Under the pieces are notes generated by a model. That model ran no database searches. It saw only the letters and a list, made by a program, of their open reading frames with translations, and was not told the DNA's origin. DNA of 54,864 nt, the filler included, from Sphacelaria rigidula (Eukaryota): assembly GCA_964200075.2 (NCBI GenBank). It is 5 parts of 5 records of this genome, joined end to end, with 100 filler letters (N's around TTAATTAATTAA, not from the genome) between each part and the next. Parts side by side here need not be neighbours in the genome. Positions count along the whole stretch, not along the records: positions 21,989 to 32,881 come from CAXNAA020005722.1; positions 32,982 to 43,873 come from CAXNAA020005723.1; 3 more parts are not named here. One strand, given 5' to 3'. Shown here in pieces: positions 24,672-36,271 of this stretch. How positions within the stretch are numbered: position 1 is the first letter of the stretch; each line of letters begins with the position of its first letter. The position numbers were made by a program, and so were the translations under genes.

Positions 24672-27203
24672 TCATCGTCTTCGAATGACTTGATAGCAGG
24701 GCTGTAAATTACCACCACATTCGGGGCCACACGGCCAGTCTCCATTCCCTTCGGAAGCAAGAGCCTGCGTGAATTGTGCATCGAACGCCTTGATGATCGA
24801 GTTGTAGGTTATGACGTCTGGGGTGACACCCTCCATCTTCATCTCGCTCAACAGTGATACCGTCATGTCACACAGTCCAGCGAAGCTGCATGCCGCGATG
24901 ACCGAGTTGTACGTGACTACATTCGGGGCGATACCTTCGACCTTCATCTCCCCCAGAAGGGAGCAGGCCTTCTGCTTTTGTCCGCCGTTCCCGCATGCCG
25001 TGATGGCCGCGTTGTAGGATATCACATCTGGGGAGATACCCTCGCTTTTCATCTCTCTCAAGAGCGACAGAGCCTGCCCCCATTGTCCGCCGTTCCCGCA
25101 TGCCGTGATGGCCGCGTTGTAGGATATCACATCTGGGGAGATACCCTCGCTTTTCATCTCTCTCAAGAGCGACAGAGCCTGCCCCCATTGTCCGCCGTTC
25201 CCGCATGCCGTGATGGCCGCGTTGTAGGATATCACATCTGGGGAGATACCCTCGCTTTTTATCTCTCTCAAGAGCGACAGAGCCTGCCCCCATTGTCTGC
25301 CGCTCCCGCATGCCATGATGGCCGCGTTGTAGGATATCACATCTGGGGAGATACCCTCGTTTTTCATCTCTCTCAAGAGCGACAGAGCCTGCCTCCATTG
25401 TCCGCCGTTCCCGCATGCCGTGATGGCCGCGTTGTAGATTCTGACGTCGAGGCTCATACCCTGATCCTGCACCTCCTGCAGAAGCGACAAAGCCTGCTCC
25501 CATTGTCCACCGCATGCCTGTATAGCCAAGGTGTAGGTTGCGACATCAGGGGTGATACCTTCCCCTTGCATCTTCTGGAGAAGTAACAGAGCCTGCTCGA
25601 GCTGTCTACCGTTGCTGCATGCCGCGATGGCCTTGTTATAAGTTACTATACTAGGGGCGATACCCTTGGTCTTCATCTCCTGCAAAATCGACAAAGCCTG
25701 CCCCCACTGTCCACCGTCCCCGCATGCCGTGATAGCCGTGGTGTAGGTAATGGCGTCAGGCATAATCCGCTCCCTCTGCATGTTCCTCAAGAGCAACAGA
25801 GCCTGTTCCCAGTTGCCACCGTCCCCACATGCCTTGATGGCCGCGGTGTACACTATGACATCAAGGGCGATACCTTCGGTCTTCATCTCCTGCAAAATCG
25901 ACAAAGCCACTTTCCATCGTCCACCGCATGCCGTGATGGCCGAGCTGTAGCTCATGATACTCGGGGCGATGCCCTCGCTCTTCATTTCCCTGAAGAGTAA
26001 CAACGCCTGCTTGAACTGTCCAGCATCCCCGCATGCCTTGATGGCCGAGTTGTACGTCACGACATTATTGAGGGGCTTCATCTCTTGAAAAAGGAGCAAA
26101 GCCTCCTGCCAGTTTCCGCCGTCCCCGCATGCCTTGATGACCGCGTTGTAGCTTATGACGTTAGGGGCGATACCCACAGTCTTCATCTCCCGCAGAAGTG
26201 ACACCGCCAGCTCCCATTGTCCCCCGCATGCCACGATGACCGAGGTATAGGTGATGACATCCGGGGTGATTCCCTCACTCTTCATCTCCCTGAATAGTGC
26301 CATAGCCTGGTCGAGCTGTCCACCGTACCCGCATACGTTGATAGCCGAATTGTATGTGATCTTATTCGGTGCGACATCTTCAGCCTTCATGTCTCTCAAG
26401 AGGGACAAAGCCTCTGTCCATTGGCCCTTGCATGCCTTGATGGCCAAGTTGTAGGTTATCACACCGGGATCGACACCCTCCGCTTTCATCTGCTTGAAGA
26501 GCAGCAACGCCTGCCCGAGCTGTCCGCCGTCGCCGCAAGCTTTGATGGCCGAGCCGTAGCATCTATCATTCGGACGCAGTCCTCCCACCTCCCGCATGTG
26601 CTTCAGCAGGGCCACAGCTTCCTTCCAACTGCCGGATTTGGCAGCAACCACGTGTAGGGTAACACCGTACATTCTTTCATTCACGACTAACCGCGAGTCA
26701 TCGCGAGCCAGAGCTTCCGCCAAGATCGCTCTTACCGTGTTCCAATCTCGCCGAAACCCCGACCGCTTTATTCGATCCAAGTAGGCGTCCTGGATAGCTC
26801 GGAAGCTGCCAGATGGCCACTGGCCATTTCCCCGACCACCGCCTCCTTCGCGCCGGCCTTGTCCATAACCGCCCCGACCTCGATCGCCTCCCGAACCATC
26901 GCCAAATGACCGTCGTCCGTTTTCCCTGCCGCTCCCTCGCGGCCCGTCTTGCCAGATACGATCTTCCTCCCGACTGCTCCCACGTCCTCCCACCACGCCT
27001 GCCTGGGATAACCTACAGCCAACAGATGGTCTATCTGTATGGCTATTCGTGGAGAATATGCCTGCTCGCGACGGCCGGACGCCGACAGCATTCTTCGGTG
27101 CATTCCATGAAGGCGCGACCATAACCCAGGGGTTAGCGGCGACGATAACGCTACCGATAACCATGGTATTCAGCATGCACCTTCTTTTTTTCAGGCGTAA
27201 CAT
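24672..27203 (-). CDS. P-type pentatricopeptide-repeat (PPR) protein, ~18-19 motifs, single exon, probably organelle-targeted
   Basis: Uninterrupted ORF (open to 27311; start placed at ATG 27203) with motifs like VISYNAAITACGNGGQWGQALSLLREMKSEGISPD; N-terminal hydrophobic then R/G-rich segment. Confidence 0.93.
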   Translation of the reverse strand: MLRLKKRRCMLNTMVIGSVIVAANPWVMVAPSWNAPKNAVGVRPSRAGIFSTNSHTDRPSVGCRLSQAGVVGGRGSSREEDRIWQDGPRGSGRENGRRSFGDGSGGDRGRGGYGQGRREGGGGRGNGQWPSGSFRAIQDAYLDRIKRSGFRRDWNTVRAILAEALARDDSRLVVNERMYGVTLHVVAAKSGSWKEAVALLKHMREVGGLRPNDRCYGSAIKACGDGGQLGQALLLFKQMKAEGVDPGVITYNLAIKACKGQWTEALSLLRDMKAEDVAPNKITYNSAINVCGYGGQLDQAMALFREMKSEGITPDVITYTSVIVACGGQWELAVSLLREMKTVGIAPNVISYNAVIKACGDGGNWQEALLLFQEMKPLNNVVTYNSAIKACGDAGQFKQALLLFREMKSEGIAPSIMSYSSAITACGGRWKVALSILQEMKTEGIALDVIVYTAAIKACGDGGNWEQALLLLRNMQRERIMPDAITYTTAITACGDGGQWGQALSILQEMKTKGIAPSIVTYNKAIAACSNGRQLEQALLLLQKMQGEGITPDVATYTLAIQACGGQWEQALSLLQEVQDQGMSLDVRIYNAAITACGNGGQWRQALSLLREMKNEGISPDVISYNAAIMACGSGRQWGQALSLLREIKSEGISPDVISYNAAITACGNGGQWGQALSLLREMKSEGISPDVISYNAAITACGNGGQWGQALSLLREMKSEGISPDVISYNAAITACGNGGQKQKACSLLGEMKVEGIAPNVVTYNSVIAACSFAGLCDMTVSLLSEMKMEGVTPDVITYNSIIKAFDAQFTQALASEGNGDWPCGPECGGNLQPCYQVIRRR
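24979..25438. repeat. Near-identical 105-bp tandem repeats (~4.4 copies) in the PPR CDS
   Basis: Unit restarts at ~24979, 25084, 25189, 25294, 25399 with few differences even at synonymous sites. Confidence 0.95.
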
Positions 27204-27691
27204 GGAAAAACCGGCGAGAGCATGACAGGAGAGGGACAGGAGAGGGTACGGAATTGTGTGAGGAAGGCGGATAGCGGAGAGATCGCAACGTACCACAAGG
27301 AAGTACTGCACGTAATATACTGCTCTTGAGTAGTCGCCAGATTTTCAACGCGCGTACCGACACATTCCTTGCGATTTACGGTATTCGCCAAAACGCTGCA
27401 TCTCTCCTTCTGAAGAAATCAGAAACTAGCTCTTCTGAGTGCCCATTGAACTTGCCATACAGCATACTCCCCCCGCCATTTACAAGGCAATATAGAGCAC
27501 GCAAAAGAACCAACCGCCTTGACGTGGGACAAGGACTTGACGTGGATTAGGCCCTACCTGCCGGAGGAATGGTGATGAAATCAGATTTCCACCGTCGTAA
27601 GTGGAGACACGATCGTATGGCCTCTTCTTTTCGTGCTCCCGAGATTGAGATAATGCGCGTTTTTTGCCTTGATTCCTGGCTACCCCCTCCC

Positions 27692-27756
27692 CATGGTGAA
27701 ACACCCATGAGGCAATGTGACTCGTGGCTCTATCTGGAAGTGGCAACGCCAGAAAT
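27692..27756 (+). mobile_element. Short dispersed repeat, probable A-tailed retroposon 3' end
   Basis: atggtgaaacacccatgaggcaatgt...ggaagtggcaacgccagaaa; also 32853-32881 and revcomp 39549-39625 (with A9 tail). Confidence 0.6.
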
Positions 27757-27779
27757 ATGAAGCAAATCAGTCGAGGCCG

Positions 27780-27995
27780 TCATCCACATGCAAGACAACC
27801 AGTAGGCTTCGTGCCGAAAAATCTTAGCAGGATGCAGGTCACGCTTTATGCGACTCGCCGAACACATCACGGCACTTCGCGCTCGGTGATTGATTGCGAG
27901 CCTGGTCCGGTGGAAACCCCGCGCGCTCCGTCCCTGCTTTGTAGGGTCGCGAGATCAAAGGTCTTGTGACTACGGCATGCAATATCAAAATACAC
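27780..27995 (+). mobile_element. Family G, long copy
   Basis: Reverse complement of the 36060-36270 / 28750-28990 sequence. Confidence 0.7.
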
Positions 27996-28749
27996 CCTCA
28001 TCCCTTTTACCGTCTTCGGGAAGGCTACAGGCCATTTATTTTCCGCCTCATGTGTGAAGCTCTCTTCACCCGGCGTCGGTTGGTTACAGTTGTTCCATGG
28101 TAAAAGGCACTCGTTTCACTGTGACATGGTCGCGGATGCGAATCAACCACATGAAAAGCGCACCATTTGCACGATGATCTTCGGAGAAAAGCCCAGCTTT
28201 TCGATGTATGATTCCAAGGTTGGGTTCTGTAGGGTATAGCGGCTGAAAATTCGGGTATTTACAAATTTGCATATATCTATCAACATATATATATATATAT
28301 CGGAAAATATAATTTCGAACCATACCGGATTGTTTGGAAAAAAGCTCGATACTCGACCACACCATATCGGAATGCTCGGTACACATTTCGATATGGTATA
28401 GTGAGCCCTTCAGGGCGTGTTTAAGTTTCGTTTTTCTTGGGTACGTCCATCATGAGACCACGGCTGGATCTCTGGGGGGTCGGTTAAAGTGCGACACTCA
28501 AAATCATCAAAATCAAGCCAACCCAAATTTCTCACTTCCGGCTATACCCCACGGAACACAAACTCGTAAAAAATTAGCATCGATCGCCCCCCCCTCCCTC
28601 CGCCACGATAGGTTCACATCAGAGAATATATCAGGCAAAGTCTTTTCGGGGGTAGTTCCACAGGTTTGACTCATGTTTCGACCCGTTCTTGGGAAGATCT
28701 AGTGTTGTGCTGTGTGTTCGTGCGCGCGCACCGGGGGAGGGGGGCGGCA

Positions 28750-28990
28750 GGGGTACTCATGATCTTGCATGCCGTAGTCATGAGACCATTGACCTCGCAT
28801 CCCTACACAGCCGGGACGGAGCCCGCCGAGTTTTCGCCGGACTAGGCTCGAAATCGATCACCAAGCGCGAAGCGCCGTGATGTATTCGGCGAGTCATATG
28901 AAGGGTGAGCTACATCCTGCGAAGAGTTTGAGGCCCCAAGCGTACTGATTCATCTTGCACATTTGGATGACAACCTCCAAAGAGTTGCTT
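28750..28990 (-). mobile_element. Family G, long copy
   Basis: gggtactcatgatcttgcatgccgtagtcatgagaccattgacctcgcatccc...; preceded by G-rich tract; may extend toward 29300. Confidence 0.75.
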
Positions 28991-29420
28991 CACGGGCAGC
29001 GACCGGGGAGCGAATTCCGACAACACGCATCCCTTGGGGAATTCCGACAGCTACACCCTTGTCAGGACTTCTGCTTCAAAGACCTCCATTTCGGGGAAGG
29101 GTACGGGTTCTTGGCCGACGGTGTGCAGCAAACGGATGTACCACTGATGCAGAAAGTACCTGAGCTGGGTGTGGCGTATGCCCACCATTGCGAAGCACTG
29201 TACTGCATTGCCGTGCAACCCATCCGGAACATGGGTACATTTCTGCCTGGGAAATTCATCTGGGACCTCAACCTCATCCGGGATTCTTGATCGATTCAAG
29301 CGTCTTTTTTTTCTCATATTTTTTCCCTTCAATCTTCTTGTTTTTCCTTCAAAGAAGGAGGAAGCCTCACTCGACGCTTACCCAGCGAACAGGCTCGGCT
29401 AGACAATTATGGGTCCCTCT

Positions 29421-29680
29421 GTTGTTGTTGTTGTTGTTTTTGTTGTTGTTGTGTCTTCACATTAAAAACCGTTTCGATATCTGCGGACCACTCTGTACTG
29501 GGCATCTGATGAGGACGCCTTCCGTGGTCACAGACTTGACTCCCCCAAGCTAGGGTGACATAAAATAATCAAATAAAGTCGGGCCCAGAAAAATTCACAC
29601 AGACGCGATACAGACGAAATAAAAAAACCAGAGAAAAAAAAAACTCCAAAGGAAGAAAGAACGACGGCCATTGGACCTGG
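29421..29680 (-). mobile_element. RTE-type LINE/SINE 3' end with (CAA)n tail
   Basis: (gtt)n-gtcttcacattaaaa...catctgatg.ggacgccttccgtggtcacag matches LINE 3' end 36272-36370 and 46927-47140. Confidence 0.75.
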
Positions 29681-30587
29681 GATATCCCTGACCGACGTCC
29701 ATATTGGACGAAATCACCGTGAGCGTCGTACAGTACGAGCGCAGATAATACGGGAGTAGTACTGTACTGTCTTGACGGCAGTTTTTGGACACCCCTGTGT
29801 TTGATTTCGGTTCCTTGGAGCCCATCTCCACCACCCACATTCGAAAAAGAGAAGAAGCTGAAAGTCCTGGAGTCCACCTGACGTCTTGGTATCATGACGT
29901 GTACTCAAATTGGTATTCAAATTTGCAACGACGACACCTCCTGACAAGCGACGCCCCCCTCCTCAAGAGTAGCACGAGGGTATCCGTGCACGCCAGATAT
30001 TGTCGGCCATCCGGTAACTTCCCGGAGTTCCGAAGCCAAGTGTTTTTAGGGGGAAAAAACAAGGTTAGATTTACGTTATGACGGATATCCAGCTCCCCAA
30101 CGGGAAAGTCTTAGGCGGACCCCAACAAACTAGTTCAACTTTCGCCTGGGAAAAACGCATCAATTAGTTCTCGAAAAACAACTCGATGGTCGCGAAGATA
30201 CCCACGTTTGAAAAAAATGAGGCTTCCCCCTCACGGTGTATGAAAAATGATTGAAAACGGTGTGGACGCACAACTGTCGTGTATATCCGTTGGAGAGCTC
30301 AAACGAGCGAGGGGAACTTCGCTCGGGGTGAAACCGTTCCCCTGTGGTTCCAGGATCATCATTTTCTCTTGTGTAGTGCTCTCTTCTTGACCATCCCTTA
30401 CACGATGGCAGCGCTGGAAAGTGTCGGCCCCGGGCACCCCTCAGTCCCCCACATCCCAGAGCGCTCGTGCGAGCTGGATTTGTGGGAGGCTCGGGCGAGT
30501 TGGATTTGATATGTTTGGCGAAAATAAGTGCGTACAACCCCTTACAAATAAGTGGATCCCCCCCGATGACACAAAAAGCACACAGAA

Positions 30588-30588
<1 letters not shown>

Positions 30589-30662
<74 letters not shown>

Positions 30663-30674
30663 TGTGTGTGTGTG
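30589..30674. repeat. (TG)n microsatellite
   Basis: ~43 dinucleotides, one interruption. Confidence 0.98.
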
Positions 30675-32549
30675 CGCGCGCGTTGGCAGCGTCTTTTTCG
30701 ATTGCAAACCTTCGGCACCGACACACATTTCACACGACGGACAGCTCATGACCTACGTGAGTATAACTCCTCCCTACTGTACTGTACTGGTCCAGATCAT
30801 GAGCTAGCTCATTTGCCCCCCTCCCCCCCCGTCTTTTCCTTTCCCCCATATTTTCTCCCTACAGCACCGGACGCCGAGCATACGGAATAGCGCAAAGGTG
30901 GCGCTCTGGCTTCTCGGACAGCGCTGTCAAGTGTTTTGTGTTTTGGGACAACAGATCTGAGAGTCGTCTCCGATTTATTGTTTCGGGTAGCTTACGAGCG
31001 GTCCGACAACATAAGTACACCCTGGACGACGACAATGGATTACATTGCCAAAAATAAGTGTACTGCGTACAGTATGGACTATTGCGTCTATTGCAACAGG
31101 CCATACATCCCATACTGTACGCAATACACTTTTTGACAATTTAATCCATCGTCATTGTCCAGGGTGTGGACGGTTGCACGTTTTCAGGCTGCCGTTAGTG
31201 CAGCGACGATGCTGGCATGGCTTGACCCCGGGCACTAGTCAGTAGTCATCTATATATCCCAGAGCGCCCGGGTGAAGTAGATTTGTGAGCAGCCACGTTG
31301 GGTTGAACGTGACAGCTTGGACGGCCATAAATGTTAAACTGGCAAAAAATGTGGATAGGGGCGATGATTTTTTACGATATATGCCCTGGGACCAACTCGT
31401 ATGGAACAGAATCGGTGAGGGTTTTGAACAAATTTGACCCGCAAGAGTTTCAACTGTGGTGAGCGCTCGGGTTTTTGATCAAAACCGGCACCCGATCGTG
31501 AGCATGAGGCAAAGATTGAGGAGCCGCACAGAAACAGGTGCAAGAACTAAAAAATGGAACATGTCATGTTTTGCCCTACTGCAGCAACGCAAATTACAAG
31601 CAAACTCACGCCGTCCGCTCTAACGTGTTGTAGGTGTCACTGTACTACTGTGGTGTGTTCTGGATCTTGCGAAAACGGTTGGGTCTCTGCTGGGCTTGCC
31701 TGAGCTGCTGTACTGTTATTGTGTCCCGCTCTATACAGAACAGTTGTATTCGGTGCGCAGTGCCGTCTTGTCAACGTTGAAAATGTCATGACGTCTTTTG
31801 TTGGGTACATGTGTATGTGTCTTTCGCAACGAGAAAGGCGCGTCGTTCCTGCACTCATCACTCCTGTGTTATAGCTGACACTGTAGTGTGGTACATTCGA
31901 ACCCTGCAAAGATGGTTTGATCTGCGATGGAGATTGCCTGAACTGCTGTACTGTTGAGGACGCGAATCGCTCACGAATCATGTGGGGAACTTTCCCTAAA
32001 AGGTGTCCCGGCTGTTCCTGCTGGACAAATCAAGCTGTAATAGCCGGCCAGAAAAAAAGGATCCGTCCGGTCGGTGCCAAGAGAACCCCAGAAGGCCGAC
32101 TGCGCACATCACCTACACACTGCCCGCAGGTGTGCATTGCTCGCGGCCGTACTGTGTGTACATCATGATTCATTTTTCAAATCAAGGTAATGCCGATGCA
32201 GATTACCCACCCTGGAGGTGACTATAGACAAAGCCGAACCAAAACAAACTGTAAAACACCAGTACAATGCAGTACAAGAGGTGTATGGTACAGTGCAATG
32301 TTGTTCATCATCTCTGCCCTCGTTGCGTTCCTTAACCTTGTCCATGAGTATCACCAACGATCATATTACACCAAACGGTTGGAGAGCGTCAACTCTTTCT
32401 GTCGTCAGCTCTAAATTGGACCCTTGAGCCTCCGCTTGGGTCATTTCGGTCTTGAATTCCTCTTTCAAGCCAAAATCATGCCAACGCACAAGGGATGACT
32501 CACCCTAAAGGTGCTTGTATATAGATGGACAAAGCCGAACAACAAAGCA

Positions 32550-32620
32550 CAGTACAGTACAGTACAGTACAGTACAGTATAGGATAATGCAGTAAAATAC
32601 AGTATGGTACAGTATAGTAG
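32550..32620. repeat. (CAGTA)n microsatellite after a duplicated block
   Basis: cagta repeats follow gacaaagccgaac block also present at 32200-32270. Confidence 0.75.
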
Positions 32621-32881
32621 GGTGTTGTCTTCACTCTTCCCCCCGCTGCATTCCCGCGATGGGGTTGGCGTCGCTTGGCGATGACGCTGTGAAGCACGCC
32701 ACTCACTGCGGAAGCGAGGCAACCAGGTACCGATTTGTTCTGCGCTTGCGTTTTTTTTGCGGTTACCATGATGGTAGTCGAGCTAAATCATATTGTGCGG
32801 CGTGAGAGAACCTCAACTCCGCACAATGGGAAGGATCGTGCTACGTAGTTTTTAGATGGTGAGACACCCATGAGGCAGTGT

Positions 32882-32981
32882 NNNNNNNNNNNNNNNNNNN
32901 NNNNNNNNNNNNNNNNNNNNNNNNNTTAATTAATTAANNNNNNNNNNNNNNNNNNNNNNNNNNNNNNNNNNNNNNNNNNNN
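32882..32981. other. Artificial contig spacer
   Basis: N44-TTAATTAATTAA-N44. Confidence 0.98.
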
Positions 32982-34042
32982 AGCACGGCTTTTGAGTTGA
33001 ACCTCATTTTGTTTTTCAACCCCATTTTCGAGAATCGGCTTTTAAGTGTTGTTGGAGTTCTCAGCTGACGGAGACTGGGCGCATTTCACCCTGCGTCCGG
33101 TATTTGCTCTGTACAACATGTTTGATGACAGTGGGAAAAGTATTCGATGACTCGGATGGATTGTAGCCATGATCTGCCAGATCTATGCTCGCGTTTTTCT
33201 CCATGAACAACGCCCCGATCTTGGAGGTCTTTCATTTTCTCCCAACAGAATATTTCAAATCATCAAGATTTTGGTACAAGTTGTTGTTTTCGTATTATTC
33301 TGGGATACATGTGAACACCATGCAAATGAGATTCTTCGAGACTTTGAATTGTTCGTCGCAGCTGGTGGTTGTTTTAGTCGATCGATACATGCACTTATGT
33401 CGGACAAAAATGCAGGAACGAACGATTCGTCTCTCTTCGTTGTCCCTATGCTTTTGGGATATTACGGCAAGGAGACTCAGCTGTATCCCTGGCGTAATAT
33501 TTGGAAGACGATGCCAGAGACTAGCACTCCCATGTTGGTCGAGCTCGTGAACACTGCCAAAAATACCGACGAATGTTACCGTATTCTCAGTACCCGCGCC
33601 TCCGATATACGGGGTATCTCAGGAATAGTCCGGATTGCCTTTTTTAATCTCAACACTCGGCACCTCAGGATGTAGCGATCGCCGGAAGTACCGACTATTT
33701 GAGGGTACGTGGGTTATCGTCACCTCCAACCCCCCCAAGCAGTACCCCATTCGAACGTATCTACATTCGCAAAAACAGTCACGTGCTATGTTTTGCGCAG
33801 TTTTGGCTCTTCCGCATCAGTATTATTGGTACCTGTCCAGTTTATTTGGCAAAGGACAACACAACCTCACCTCGGAGACAGAAGCTTGAGGTTTCTACCG
33901 TCACTCAAAAGCTGGTCCACGCGTATCACCCAGAATTCACTCGCAACACGGGATTTTACTCATTCAAGGTGGGTTTGTTTTTCAGGATAAACCTTGGTAA
34001 GCTTCGTGTGCATCAACTTAAAAAAAAAATGCGAATGCGCTC

Positions 34043-34252
34043 TCCGGCCGTGATGTGTGGCCTTGCTCATCCTCAAAATAATCCGTCCACAACGTGAAAA
34101 ATCCCCTGTCCACACCGAACGAATTCGACCTCCGTTCATTCCCGTACAACAAAGCTGTGTCTTTTTGTCAGCATCCCCTGTTGACACGGGATTTTACACA
34201 TTGTAATTTTTCTCTTCTTCGAGCATGAGGCAGGCCACAGATCACGGTCGGA
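34043..34252. repeat. Imperfect foldback, ~70-bp arms
   Basis: tccggccgtgatgtgtggccttgctcat...acaacgtgaaaaatcccctgtccaca pairs with tgttgacacgggattttacacattgt...atgaggcaggccacagatcacggtcgga. Confidence 0.75.
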
Positions 34253-34378
34253 TAATAAATTTGCAGTTTGGGGAAAATATGTTGATACTGATGACAGTTC
34301 CCGAGGTTCATGCTCAAAAATCTTTATCCTCAGTTTATCAAATCGCTTGTGCTTTATGCAAATGTTCCTGCTGATTCC

Positions 34379-34535
34379 CGCAAATGTCCATGATGACTCT
34401 TGGAATTAGGCTCTGAAATTTTGCACACGCATACTATGGCATATTCCGAAACTTTCCATGGATGGGGTCGATTCCAAAGGATACGTGCTCAAAATTTCAG
34501 TCTCTAACTCGCAAGAATCGGCGTGAACATTTGCG
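34379..34535. repeat. Imperfect foldback, ~60-bp arms
   Basis: cgcaaatgt...ctgaaattttgcacacgcatactatgg vs ccaaaggatacgtgctcaaaatttcag...acatttgcg. Confidence 0.7.
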
Positions 34536-36059
34536 CTTTTGTGCGATGAAGTGGGTTTGGGACGTGCAAACCTCCTAGCTACCTGCGTTTTGCGCGCAAG
34601 CGTCTTTTTCGGGTAAATTTCACGTCAAAAAGATAGTAACTGCATCAGATTCTGGGCTTGTGCAAGGAAACTATGCACAACTGTTTTCTTGTACTACCTC
34701 GGGACGCAAATTTCTATTTTTCGTTTGGAGGCATCCCGTACAGACTTTCGGGGGTCTTCACACCGGAACCCCCAAAACCCGGCAGTAAAAGAGCGGAGAA
34801 ACACATTTTTTTTCGACAGCACATCTTCCCCAATTCGATCACTAATACTTACCGAGCTGGTGAGTTTGAGGGCGGCTGGGCCTCTTGTGGAACATATATA
34901 GGGGTCACTGTCAGAAGGCTTTCTGTGTCTTTGGTCCATGGTCGAAATCCGACGGCGCCAAAACCCCACATCACCTAAATGCCACGGTTGGGGGAAATAA
35001 ATCAACGACATAGTAATCGTTTCCATATTTTTCCGTTAGATCTCCGAGCTGATGAAGGTCACTACGTCATGAGGCCTAGAAAGATTGCGTAGAAATTGGG
35101 TTGGGAGTTCGCGTTTTCATTTTCAGAAAATGTGAAGCCCCCTAATTCGTCGAGGTATAATTTCGCCCTTAGTGTGCCACCTCTATAGTCTTCAATAAAA
35201 CTCCGGCTAAGTCACGATGGTCAGCATGATACCATATATGCGACAGTTGGGTAGAAATTGCGGGAGGTATTTGCCGAGGACACAATGTTCGGTGATAAGC
35301 GTCAGCCAGATCGCACTGCTGATGTGAGAAGCATCCAAAAATATTACCCCCCCCCCCCCTTCTCCTCTTGCTGAGCTTGCTGGGAGGACGCCTCCAGTAA
35401 AACCAAGCTGCTGTTTATTCAGCGCTTAGCAGTACATTCATCACGAGACGCGATCAGGGAATCGCCGAAACAATGATTTACTTCGAACGGAATTGCTCTG
35501 CAATCCAGTGGAATAGACAGCAAAGTTGCATATTTTGCGCGGACACGGTAATGGGTACGACTGCAGCTCGATCCAATCAAGGAGAGTGGTTAAAACGGCG
35601 TATGTGACCGACACTGAGCGACATCTCGGTAGGATGACCACGATTTACTACGTCAAAACATATCTTCCCTTACCACCGCGCTCTACAGGTCCACCTTGCC
35701 AAGACATGATGACTATTCCGACACTTGACAAAACTTTGCCCCGGGGTTCGATTCCTCCCATGATCGTTCTTGGCCAATATCTTGATCATGAAGTAGCATA
35801 GAAAAGCACACTGGGCCAGGGAAAACGCGGTAGGCCAGAATAAGCACAAAAGACCCTACATAGCAGCATAATCAAATACAGGGATGAAAATCCTGTGGCG
35901 AAACTGGACTTCGATATATCGGCTCAACAGCTTGGACGGACACCGGGATTGAGTTCTGTAAAGGTGTCACAGTAACCACTGAGTCACTCAGTCAGCTCAA
36001 CAGATTGGACGGACACCTTAACACGCCTGGTACAAGAGCAGCCCCGGTTGGGACGGGGG

Positions 36060-36270
36060 GTAGTCATGATCATGCATGCCATAGTCATATGACCACTGAC
36101 CTCGCATCCCTCCAAAGCCGGGACGGAGCACGCCGGGTTTTCGCCGGACTAGGCTCGCACTCAATCACCAAGCGCGGAGCCCGTGGTATGTTCGGCGAGT
36201 CGCATGAAAGGTGAGCTGCATCCTGCTAAGATTTTTCAGCCCGAAGCCCATTGATTATCTTGCACTTGTA
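36060..36270 (-). mobile_element. Family G, long copy, abutting the RTE LINE tail
   Basis: Follows gggggg at 36055-36060; homologous to 28750-28960. Confidence 0.75.
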
Positions 36271-36271
36271 T

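Noticed and set aside
30160-30890. HT/CV-repeat ORFs (and RE/SL ORFs near 50700)
   Set aside because: Translations of microsatellites
33100-33675. Harbinger-like transposase (GSVHE, LADHGY on minus strand) or the 168-aa + ORF as a gene
   Set aside because: Motif spacing too long, stops present, no other support
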